The notes beneath the pieces are model-generated. The model was not told where the DNA came from. It saw only the letters and a list, made by a program, of their open reading frames with translations, and ran no database searches. 64,000 bases of DNA, taken from assembly GCA_950097015.1 (NCBI GenBank), contig CATNEN010000003.1:3224001-3288000 (forward strand), given 5' to 3'. Position 1 is the stretch's first letter. Each line of letters opens with the position of its first letter. The position numbers and the translations under genes were made by a program. The stretch comes from Macrostomum hystrix. Its lineage: Eukaryota; Animalia; Platyhelminthes. This document shows, in pieces, positions 1 to 10,600 of the stretch.

Positions 1-393
1 TTAGAGCGGATGTCCTTATAGCGGATGAGCATGAGCTACGAGTGAAAGGGGCTTCAAGGTAATGACAGTGCAGTGCACAGTATATACAACGCATCAGATC
101 GATTTCGGTTTCTCAACTTCTCGCTTTCACAAAAGCGTCGTGCATGACTTCCTGCAGGATTCCAATTTCCTTTGGTAGCTTTTTAGGCAAACAGAAAAGA
201 AGCTTCGGTTAAGCAGAGACTGTTGGCTATACATGTGAACAGGAGCTAAGGGATGGTTATTAAAACCAGCCTGTCTGTCTAGTTTTTTTTCTGAAATCTC
301 AGGCAGCAAGGCAATTGACAGATTTTTTCTCCTGAGCTTCGATTTGTTTGCCTATAGCATGCTGGCTATTTGCTCCGGGATGACTGCAATATG

Positions 394-410
394 ATTGGCC
401 ATTATATAAA
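394..410 (+). promoter_or_regulatory. Candidate core promoter of the lectin gene: inverted CCAAT (ATTGG, 394-398) and TATA box (TATATAAA, 403-410)
   Basis: Motif matches about 80 bp upstream of ATG 488. Supported by position only. Confidence 0.4.
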
Positions 411-487
411 AGCCATTGTAAATCTGAGGCGACACATCATTCTTCTCGAACCAACCAGCGAAAAAGAATCATTTTCTTCTAGAAGAG

Positions 488-1300
488 ATGTTGCCTTTGT
501 TGTCTGCGATAATACTCGCAGTGTTGACAAGTAATTCGATGCTTGCTCTAGCTGAGCAATGCAACTATCAACCACCTGTTCGCTTCCACCCTATAGCAAC
601 TAGTTCATGCATCGACAGTCGATACCAGCAGGCGCTGCTGAATATTCAGTCGGCCGCAGAGTGCGCAATGACCTGCTCTAAGAATGTCAAATGCCAAGCT
701 TGGACAGTCAGGAATGCGTCAACAGGAAGCCTTGGTAGTCCAGGTTGCATCATATTTGTCTTTGACAAATGCAGCCGATCCGTGAGGCTGTGTAATTGTA
801 CCCAGCCAAGTCCGATAACGGTGTTTGTGCGGCAACAGGCGGACCTACCTCCTGGCAAGCTCTGTCCCATAGACTATTTGTCACCTGGTGCCACACAGCC
901 CAACCTCTGTTATCTGCGGCATCAACTGTACGGCATTGCTCCGGGTATTTGGAAAGTCGGTGAGAATAAGTGCAACTCGGAGCCGGGTCTAGTCACAATG
1001 GCCGATTTGTCGAGCGCAGACGAGCTGAGCTACGTTGCCTCGTTAGGATCCGATGGTGCGTATTTTTTCTTGTCCGGCGTTCAGAACGCTGGCAGTCCTG
1101 AACCGGGGCGAGACAATTTCACCTGGGCCAGCTGCGGCGGAGCGGTCCAGGCCGCCTTCTGGTACGAGTCTCAGCCAAATAATTTCCAACCAAATGAGAA
1201 CTTCACAGCCGTGCAAAAGTCTATGATGGGAATATTCGATGTTCCTGGGGAGTCCAGCGACGTGAATGGCGTTCTGTGCAAGTGCATCTCGCCGTTTTAG
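488..1300 (+). CDS. Secreted protein with N-terminal PAN/apple-like domain and C-terminal C-type lectin domain (270 aa, single coding exon)
   Basis: Hydrophobic signal peptide (MLPLLSAIILAVLTSNSMLALA). PAN-like Cys pattern (ECAMTCSKNVKCQAWTV...GCIIF). CTLD hallmarks: CP..Y...CY, W....NKC, MADLSSADEL, FFLSG, FTW, FWYESQPNN...ENF, FDV, VLCKC. Confidence 0.8.
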   Translation: MLPLLSAIILAVLTSNSMLALAEQCNYQPPVRFHPIATSSCIDSRYQQALLNIQSAAECAMTCSKNVKCQAWTVRNASTGSLGSPGCIIFVFDKCSRSVRLCNCTQPSPITVFVRQQADLPPGKLCPIDYLSPGATQPNLCYLRHQLYGIAPGIWKVGENKCNSEPGLVTMADLSSADELSYVASLGSDGAYFFLSGVQNAGSPEPGRDNFTWASCGGAVQAAFWYESQPNNFQPNENFTAVQKSMMGIFDVPGESSDVNGVLCKCISPF

Positions 1301-1574
1301 TTTGTCAGATGGGTTTCTTAATTAATTTTGTTTACTGCTAAAGTTTCCGTAATTGTGGCACAGAAAGTAAGCAATTGAAATATGCGAACTCGTACTGAAA
1401 TTATATTTCTATTTTTAAAACGTATAATAAAAAATTAAATTTATAATTAATAAAACTAATTACTTACAAATCAATTAAAATTAATTATAAGTATTATTAT
1501 GAAAATATTATTAAAAAATAAATAAATGAACGTTTTTAAAAGCCTTACATTTTTTAAATTACAACTTTCAAGGG

Positions 1575-2037
1575 CTCACTGCCTTACCTGTTACCTCACT
1601 GCCTTACCTGTTACCTCACTGCCTTACCTGTTACCTCACTGCCTTACCCGTTACCTCACTGCCTTACCTGTAGCTTCACTGCCTTACCTGTTACCTCACT
1701 GCCTTACCTGTAGCTTCACTGCCTTACCTGTTACCTCACTGCCTTACCTGTTACCTCACTGCCTTACCTGTTACCTCACTGCCTTACCTGTTACCTCACT
1801 GCCTTACCTGTAGCTTCACTGCCTTACCTGTTACCTCACTGCCTTACCTGTTACCTCACTGCCTTATCTGTTACCTCACTGCCTTACCTATTACCTCACT
1901 GCCTTACCTGTTACCTCACTGCCTTACCCGTTACCTCACTGCCTTACCTGTAGCTTCACTGCCTTACCTGTTACCTCACTGCCTTACCTGTTACCTCACT
2001 GCCTTATCTGTTACCTCACTGCCTTACCTGTAGCCTC
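1575..2037. repeat. Minisatellite, 20 bp unit (CACTGCCTTACCTGTTACCT), about 23 copies
   Basis: Directly visible 20 bp periodicity, with a TAGCTT variant unit. Confidence 0.97.
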
Positions 2038-2992
2038 AATGGCATAGAAATTTAGATGGATGTGGCCGCATCGGTTAGTCTGGTTGATAACATCAGCAAG
2101 ACGGAAGTGCTGACGGTGGCTGCGAAGCTCCCAGCTGCCAAGCTGCCGATTGGCAAACAGCCATACTACCTCGCTGCACGAGCTTCACCAATCTCTGCGA
2201 CGTGGTGACAAATGCCTCGCAAGAGCCTCGCTGCCGGAGATTGGAACGCGTGATCTCTCGGACAGAAGTCAAGACCAGACCAGAACTATCTTGTTTTAAA
2301 AGGCGTGCAACAGAAAGTTTGTCCGCGTTACACGATCTATAGAATTACTTTTTTCATAGCATTTGCATTCGTGTAAACAATTTGTCTATTTACATAGCAT
2401 GAATGGTCACTCTGAATTCCATATTAAGCTTGGCTAGCTGAACAAGATCTGTTTTTTTCACAATCTGCCAAAACTATTTTGTTATTAATGTTCAGCTACT
2501 ATCTTAAACTATAACTGTGTTCGAGTGCTAAAAATGGCACGTAATGGCACGAAACTGACACTTTTTTTGTCTTATCAAATAACTCAGTAAAATTGGCACT
2601 TAAGAACTCATTCGCTTCTCAAGAAGCTGCTTAACTTATGAATTTAAGGAATTTTTGGTTGAGCCAAATACGAGCCAAATACGAGTGACTCGTACTTACA
2701 GTGACTCAACGTTCTGGTTAATCTAAAATATTAACAAGCGAAATACTGGTACTAACAATTTCAGTTAAACTTCTTATTGAATAAATATGCGTCAGTAACA
2801 CGTGAAAAAATGTAAAAATGTATTGTTTGTTAAAATATAGATACCATCATTTTTTGTTACACTGATAAAATGTGAATTCTTATTAAAAAAACAACTTTGC
2901 ATGGATGAGATCAGTGTAGATTTGTGAGCTTGCGTGACAAAATGAAACTAATTACATAGTGAAATACTTGGTTATTACAATGTTTAATAAAA

Positions 2993-3245
2993 ATAATAGT
3001 TGATTACACCTGTCCGATTGGGCCAGATGTGCACAGCCGACAGCACAGCCGCAGCCATTGCGCGGCGCATCTGAAGGCTGCGTACAACTGTTCAGTCCAT
3101 GGACTGGAAGGGGGCGCTACACCCACCCTCAATTACCCCCAGCTGATGCTGGTACCCATTTAACAGCTTGCTTAAGACACAAATTGTTCCAATGGAGTCG
3201 GGAATCGAACCCCCGACCTTTAAGTCATAAGTCCGACCTTATCAT
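2993..3245 (-). mobile_element. SINE family A copy (tRNA-derived, CORE-like), partly deleted
   Basis: Reverse complement of the 7251-7558 element: B box (GGAATCGAACC on +), CAGTCCATGGACTG palindrome, and the same 3' end. Confidence 0.85.
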
Positions 3246-3304
3246 CAACTTAAAAGAAGGGGGGTTGAACGTCAGAACAGATGGTTGAACTCAAACTAGA
3301 GTCC

Positions 3305-3440
3305 AAGAGTTCGATTACGCGGCGAAGCCACATTCATTCGGGGCTTGTCGAGCAATGTACGCCCTTGAGGGTGAAAGTGTACACTGCCTGTCGATAAGAC
3401 AGATAGGGGCAGATGTACACACCTTGTGTGCGTGTGTGCA
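3305..3440 (+). mobile_element. SINE family B fragment
   Basis: AGTTCGATT B box, ACGCCCTTGAGGG, and the GTGTACACTGCCTG...GGCAGATGTACAC hairpin, all shared with 14087-14446. Confidence 0.7.
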
Positions 3441-3549
3441 AAGTGTGTGTAATAAGTCAATTAAAATGCTTGGAAATCCTTAACGGCGTACCGTGTACGT
3501 ATTTTTAAAGTCAGAAAAATTTTAGTGAGGCTTCTATTTAATAAACAGT

Positions 3550-4863
3550 TTAGTTCTCCATCACCTGGAAGGCCCACAGTTGGACGCAGTTAATTTTAAA
3601 TTCAGATTCGTCAATCAAAGCCGGCGAGCCGAATGTTTGACACGAGCGCGAGCAGCCTGTCAGCAGGTCGCTTCGCAGAGTCAGAGCTCCGTCGCCGATG
3701 GACAGACCGCCGCACGAGCTGTTGATAAACATGGCATTGGCGCCAGTGGCTGAGTAGACTCTGAAATCCAAGTCTGCATCTTAGTTTCGTCGGCTGCGAC
3801 AGCGGAACACGAGAGTCTCACCAGTGCCATAGCAACCAGATAGAGACGGCGGCCGCACCGGGCAGGGCAGGAAGGCGCCCAACAATGTGTCGTCAGGTAG
3901 GGAAACCAGCAGCAGACAGCAGGTGGCGGGGTCCAATTTAGAATTTATTGAAATTTCGTACAGGGTGCGCAGAGAATGGCCGTGACGATTGGTGCTAAAT
4001 AGCAAGCACAGGTCGTGACCTTCAGCTCGCGGTGGCAGCACTTCAACAATGCGACCTAGGCGAGCATTAGTCAATAGGAGATTGTCGCTGATGAAGCCAT
4101 GTTCGCTGGACTGCGGAGGAACGAGAAGGCGGGGCAGCGGGAGACTGGATCGACCTGGCTGAATTGGCTGAGCATTTTCGGCATCCAGGAATGTCCAGCC
4201 GAGAGTCTGGGCGTCTTCAATGGACATCGGTCGGGACAAAAATGTCCAAGCTTTAAAAATCGACGCGACCACACTAGGAGACGACTGTGATTCCATTGGT
4301 ACCTTAACCTTACTAAAAAGAGCTTCCTGATTGTCGTGTTTAGTAATAACCCACTCATCCAGCGTCTGTTTTTCGTTTTCATTCAACAGAAATGGACACT
4401 TTGGCTGCTTCTGCGTTTGCTGATTCTAAAAATTAACAGAGATTGACAGGTTAGCAGACGTTAACAGGTCTGCCACTAGCACTAAGTACAGTACAGTAGA
4501 GTGTCTTTAAATAAATCAAGACCCACCTGCACTGCACACTCCGGATGGTTAGCGATCCATTCGCAGGCTGCATCAGAGGCTGGAAGTTTGATTATCATTC
4601 CCGGCACCAGTGGCTGATCAAAGCCGACGCGACCATTGACTGAGCGCAAACAGCTGGCACTGGTGTGGAAGCGGACAGCCAGACTGCACAGTGTGTCATG
4701 ATCCTGCACCTGTTGCGGAAAATGTAATGAAAGATACGCTTTTAGATTGTCTTTTCATGATGATATTAATTCGTTATTTTTTATAATCAAAAAATATTTT
4801 TACCACATATTGAACAACTGGTGTGTCGGCAGCTGATACTGTTCTTATCTTTGTAATATTCAT
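3550..4863 (-). CDS. LysM + TLDc domain protein (OXR1/NCOA7-like). Exons 4863-4804, 4709-4527, 4425-3550. In-frame TAA at 3783-3781, so possibly a pseudogene or null allele
   Basis: GT-AG junctions join in phase 0. LysM motif YVVQDHDTLCSLAVRFHTSASCLRSVN. TLDc motifs LPPRAEG..LCLLFSTNRHGHSLRTLY, LLGAF, YGTGETLVF, GANAMFI, LSIGDG, DLLTGCSRSCQTFGSPAL, FKINCVQLWAF. ORFs 3781-4386 and 3550-3771 are in the same frame. Confidence 0.8.
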
Positions 4864-7250
4864 GCTGATTTACAAAATTGTGTTTAAATTTCACCTGAAT
4901 GTTTAATGATCTGAAATAAGTAAGTGAGCTGAGGTATGACTTGTATTTTTATGAACTAAATTAAAAATAATATTATTTGACTTTTTAGGTATTAATGGAA
5001 GGAAAAAGCAATCAACTACAGTAGATTTATATAATATATGAATATTTTCATTTTTTATACACATTTATGATTTATCCTCTAAAAAGAGAAGTAGAAGCAA
5101 GCCTAATAAGTAATAACGACCTAAAAGTTATTAGTAAAACAATACTTTATCGTCGCTAATATTAAGCAATAGTATTATAAAAGCTACCATTAGGTATTCC
5201 TCAAAAAGTAAAGCAAAAAGCCTGAAACAAGAAATTTTAATAAAATAAAACCTGTATATACAGTACTAGTAAACACGCAGGAAATCTACTCTTAAAACTG
5301 ATAATTTTAATATGTGAAAACTTCTGGAATGGCTATGTGTTTTCGCGTAACACTCCGAAAAAAGTATTTACAATAAGTCGTAATAAACATTAACGAAAAG
5401 GCTTTAACATAAAACCAATTTTCTTAAATAACGAAAACTGATAATTAAAAACACAAAACAAAAGATGCTTTTTGAAACCTTAAGTGAAGGCAAATACAAG
5501 AAATATAATAGACCTATTTATTGGTACTGAGTAAAAGTAAACATGAAACAACAACAGCTGAGCTGCTACACAAAACACATGATCTTGTATTGTAAATTTC
5601 CACGAACTTTGGCAAGTCAAAAAATATTGCCATTGGAAGTTTCGTCACTTAAAACAAAATTAAAACACTATGTGCAGCAATTGCTTGTAAACTAATTATA
5701 CTTTTTATTGATTTTTTGTTTAATTTAAAAAATTTTATATTGTATTTTAAGATATTAAGTTTTTTCGTCAAATTTCAGATCTGACGAAATTTCTGCAGTG
5801 TTTTCGTAGTAGGCCCACACTTTATCGTCTGCTTGCAGAATTATCCCATAATTAGGAAACGTAAACACAAGCACAGGCTTTGAGACCTAATATAATTAAT
5901 ATAAAATTGTCCTCATGGTGCGTGTTTATACATTCGAATACCACGTTTATTACCGATTTTTAGGAAGAGGTCACGTGATATTATATTTGAGTTAATTTTA
6001 CGAGCACCTATTCACCAATCCTGAGTGGCGCCCCTTGCCCCAATCTGTTAGCTCCCACAAAACCTTAATAGTGCTCCCCAAATCCATGATATGGCATGAT
6101 TAATCTATTAATATTTGGCTGGCCAACGCAGTAATATTTGATTCATTATTCATTATTAATTCATCATTATTCATTATTCAATATAATAAATGCCAAAAAT
6201 GCAATATGCAATGAAAAAATAAAAGCCAACTACTTTTTTGTTACATCAAACTGGAAGCAAACTTGCGTAGAGAGCTTTATAAAGTTTTTCTTTCATCTCC
6301 TTGTATTTCTGGCATGCACAGGTACACTGTTAGAAGGTCTGTTGATTTTTTAATTACCATGTCGTACTATAGTGGTGTAAAAAACTACATGGAGGAAATT
6401 GAAGGCAAATGTAAAAAAAATTAGGCGAAACGCTACAATTCAAGTAGCATCTGTCTAATTTAGATTTTATCACCTTATTTAAATCGAGAACCGATACAGG
6501 TTTTTAATCTGTGCGTGTCCTGGAGGAAAAAATGTGAAAAAAAATCCGGGTAAAACTTTCACGACAAAGGTAACTAATTCTGTTGATATTGTGATAGTAG
6601 CATCACCTGGGATTGTACTGGACACCTAACAAAGCAAAAATAATTTTATAGCCACTTTAGAAAAAATCTAAGTAACAAACAAAGCAAAATAATCTTTCTA
6701 AACACTAACTGAAGGTGTAAAAGAGGGAAAGCAAAAATGTAGTAAAATATATACTTTTATTAAAATTCAAAACGCTTTGAATACGATTTAAACATTAACA
6801 AATTACAAGTACAATTACTTTCGCAGCTGCTTATCTTTCAGTTAAAATAAGGAAGATTATTTAAAAGTATACTTCTTGAGCTTCAAAACTTGTGTGTCGT
6901 TTCAGTTGTGCTAGTGACGTTTGTTTTAAACAGCAATTATTCACGAGTTACACATGTAAAGGGAAAAACATGCATGTTATTTTATTCAAAGACATAAAAT
7001 TTTAGTAGGCCCTATACAAATAAAAAGTATAATTAGCTTAAATTATTTACTTCGAAAGAATAGTTTAAATTGTCGAAGTCTCTCAATAAAATAATTTTTC
7101 TAATAGTGAACCGCTCTCCAATTGGAAGCATTTTCTTTGATCAAATTATTTTGATGCCTAAAAATTCCAGGAAAGTGAAAATTCGCTTTTAGTTTTTTTA
7201 GGTGGTGGCTTTTCTAATCGAAGAGCTATTCAATATTCTTTCGCAATAGA

Positions 7251-7558
7251 GGTTGTAGCCTAGTGGTTAGGGCGTCGGACTCACAACTTGAAGGTCGGGG
7301 GTTCGATTCCCGACTCCCCTGAACAATTTGTGTCCTTTAACAAGACACTTAACTCTGCATTGCTTCAGTTCACCCAGCTGTTAAATGGGTACCAGCATCA
7401 GCTGGGATAATTGAAGGTGGGTGTGGCGTCCCCCCAGTCCATGGACTGAACAGCTGTACGCAGCCTTCAGATGCGCCGCGCATTAGCTGCGGCTGTGCTG
7501 TCGGCTGCACATCTGACCCAATTGGGGCAGGTGTAATCAATTATTATTATTATTATTA
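7251..7558 (+). mobile_element. SINE family A, full-length (tRNA head, CORE-like central domain, (ATT)n tail)
   Basis: A box TAGTGGTTAG and B box GGTTCGATTCC. The segment TGTGTCCTTTAACAAGACACTTAAC...TCAGTTCACCCAGCTGTTAAATGGG resembles the MIR-type CORE domain. At least six related copies occur in the window. Confidence 0.9.
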
Positions 7559-7661
7559 GTAATGGAGCAGTAATACACACCGTTTTATTATATAGTCTGT
7601 CGAAAAAAGCCGGCAATTAAACTTGTTGCCGATTTCTCGTGTCTATATAGCTTGCCTTAAT

Positions 7662-10600
7662 TCAAAACAATGGCAATTGTTCCTTCTTGCACATCAACGG
7701 CGCCAACTTGATGGGAGAGCTGACGGCTGTGTGCTGCAGTCGCAGATTGTCGCGAATATAATTCTTGACCCGGCCGCTTCGCACAATGGGATTCGGGTGG
7801 GGGCCGCTGACCGGAGGCAGGGATCTGCCAGCTGGCGGCTGATATTCGGGAATTTCGCCAACGATGATGTAGGTCCACTCCATGTCGTCAGTCTGTGAAA
7901 GCGATTGTTGGATTATATACGGAATATATTGCTTTATCTAGACAGCTATCAAGCGATTTGCTGTTTTATTTTACTTCTAATATTTTTTGTACTTATACCT
8001 AATTGAACTCGTACTTTAAATTAGGAGATTGTACTTTTAACTCAGAGGGGGGAATTCCCCCCACAACCCCCCACTGAAATTTTTTGGCAGCGCCTGAATG
8101 CTAACAGCGATGGGTGGTGACTGATTGGTTGACAGACTAGGGCTAGGCGATGGTGTCCTGTGATTGAGCTGCACCTAATATTTAGGCTTGATCAGTGAAA
8201 TTGGAGAAACTCGCGTCAGGGTGTCCATAGTGGCCTAGTTCCACCTCTTGCAGCCCTTGAAGGTCCAGCAAATCTGTTTAGATAAAGGTCGGTGACCACC
8301 GAAGACGGAGATGATGCAGGCACATTCGGGTGACCTGTTGATAAATTTTGAAGGCCTGGCAAGGCCGCACCGAGGCGCAGTGCTAATTCGTGTATTGGGG
8401 TCGGTGTATGAATTACACGAGCGTTTATGGGAAAAATCTGACTTTCGGTCAGAACCATTGAATTAATACCTCGATGGCCTGAAGAACTGGCGACTTGATT
8501 CTTGTTTCAGAAGATGCGCAACAAAAAGTTGGCCCGTGTTCTAGAGGTTTCGTGTGCTTGCGTTGCTCCGTTGCAAAAGATTGTTGGGGGGGTTACCCCC
8601 TCCGTTGTTCTACTGTTCAAATGCTTTTTTACGCTCATAATTAATTCAGTATAGATAGGCTTACATGAATGATCAACCGCACGCGCTTCGGCTTGCCGTA
8701 GTACGACGGCAGGAATGTCACGGTGAATGGCAGGCCGTCGGTGCCGTGCGGCGGCAGCTCGCCGGTCTGCGGCTCAACGCGGAAGTCGCCAGAGTCGTGA
8801 CTGTCTTCAAAGTACGCGTGGAACTTCACTGAATGTCTGGATGGAACAGAAATGATTCGTTTGTTGGAATGTGAAGCGCGATCTACAGGTGCAAATCTAT
8901 ACCTGCCTAGAAAAAATCTCTGAAATTCGTCGCAACTATGAATGATGCATTACAATATTTTGTAGTATTTTACGATTATAACGTGTGCATTTCTACTAAT
9001 ATATCATAGCAGGAATTAATGCAGACAGCATTAAGCTTAGACAATGTGATATGTTATAATTGTTATAAAAAAGCACATATCGCAACCATTTTGGGCCAGA
9101 TGTGCAGCCGACAGCACAGACGCTATTGCGCGGTGCATCTGAAGGCTGCGTACAACTGTTAAGTCCATGTTCAGCTATTTCTGGAGTCAAGAATCGAAAC
9201 CCCGACCTTTAATTCGAAGGTCTGACGCTCTTATCACTAAGCTAAACCCTTATTGAGTTAAAAGACTGAAAATCTACGTGAAATTGTGTCCTACGCAGAC
9301 AAACATTTTTTCAGCTAGGAGTTAAACAAGTTATCGATAAACTTCATAAGCTAATAATGAGAACTCACAGCTCCTTGCTGGTGAGTCTGAACATCACTTT
9401 GTTTGGCTTGTCCAAACCGGCCGCGTGAATCGTTATGACGTCATCAGGCTCCGGATCGGTGCTCTCAACTGTCAACGGATAGCGCCAGAATCCGCCGGCA
9501 TTCGATTTGATAACCAGGTGAGTCTTCACCCTGAACGTCTTGTAAGGCTGCAGGCGAAGGGCAAAGGTGAGCACCACCATCCCGGTTCTGGAGTCGCGCA
9601 CCTGACGCAGCAGCTCCAGCTTGACGCTTTGAGCAAGCAGGCCAGCGAGGCTGTCGTCTAAAGACACCAGGCCATAGGTGAACGGCTCGGGAACTTCGAC
9701 GGCCTCCTCAACTCCGGCTGGAAGGGACGGTGGGCCGCCAGCCGGGGTTCGAGTTCTGGCTCGGATAAGCGCCTGAAATTTTTACAGAAAAGTTTTCAAA
9801 TTAGGCAGCATCGTATAAAAAATTGTTTTTTAATGGTCTCTAGTTAGTAGCGGCGTCATCTGCTCACCTGCGGCGCTCCAGGCGTCGGTGCCACACCAGC
9901 CAGCCACACCTCTAGCCTGTCCTCGGCCACGGTTCTCGCCGGACACGTCACCAAGGGCGCCGGCACCTCGGGCCGGTCGGCTTTGCTCTCCGGGACGCCG
10001 ACCACACGGAAGCGCCAACGGATCTCCGCGATTCCGCCGCTGTCTGATCGCGGCAGAGCTTTCGGCTCATCCGGACAATAGTGCCAGCCTTTGCCGTCGC
10101 GACGGCGCATGATGACGACGCACACAGCCTCGTGCTGCTGCATGTTCTCCGGTGCGAAGCTGATGGGAATGTCCAGTCGGGCCTTGGGTTCCAGGCGAAT
10201 CTTTCGACTGTGCTTCAGTAGCAGGCAGAACGGCGAATCCTCTAGCTCCTTGATGCCCTCCATGATTGATTTGCCGCTGTCAGTCAGCAGGATGTCGCAT
10301 ATTACAGGAACATCGAGTGGATTGTGGAACGGTATAATCAAGGTGGAATTGCTGCCAGCGGGTGCAGTGATGGCTACGGGATTCTGAGCTGACGGCATCA
10401 GGCCTGAGCCATTCACCTCAAAGATCCACTCTTTAAGTTCGTCTGCAAAGAAGACAGATGTCAAGGATAATTTAGAAATTTTATAGCTAAAATGCTTCAG
10501 TCTATCAATTATATTTACAAAAAACTATTTTTTAGTATAATAGACTTGCATTTTCGACCCCCTCTCCCCTCTATCGACATTAAAGTATCCGTTAAGCTTT

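Noticed and set aside
127-309. 60-aa minus-strand ORF and the many short ORFs antisense to CFAP47 exons
   Set aside because: No recognisable domains. The antisense ORFs are shadows of GC-rich coding exons.
7251-7320. tRNA-like sequences here and at about 13912, 26730 and 37059
   Set aside because: They lack a proper acceptor stem and continue into a shared SINE body, so they are SINE heads and not tRNA genes.
8043-8604. Imperfect G/C-run inverted repeat bounding the intronic segment
   Set aside because: The match is low-complexity and no TSD was found, so it is insufficient to call a transposon.
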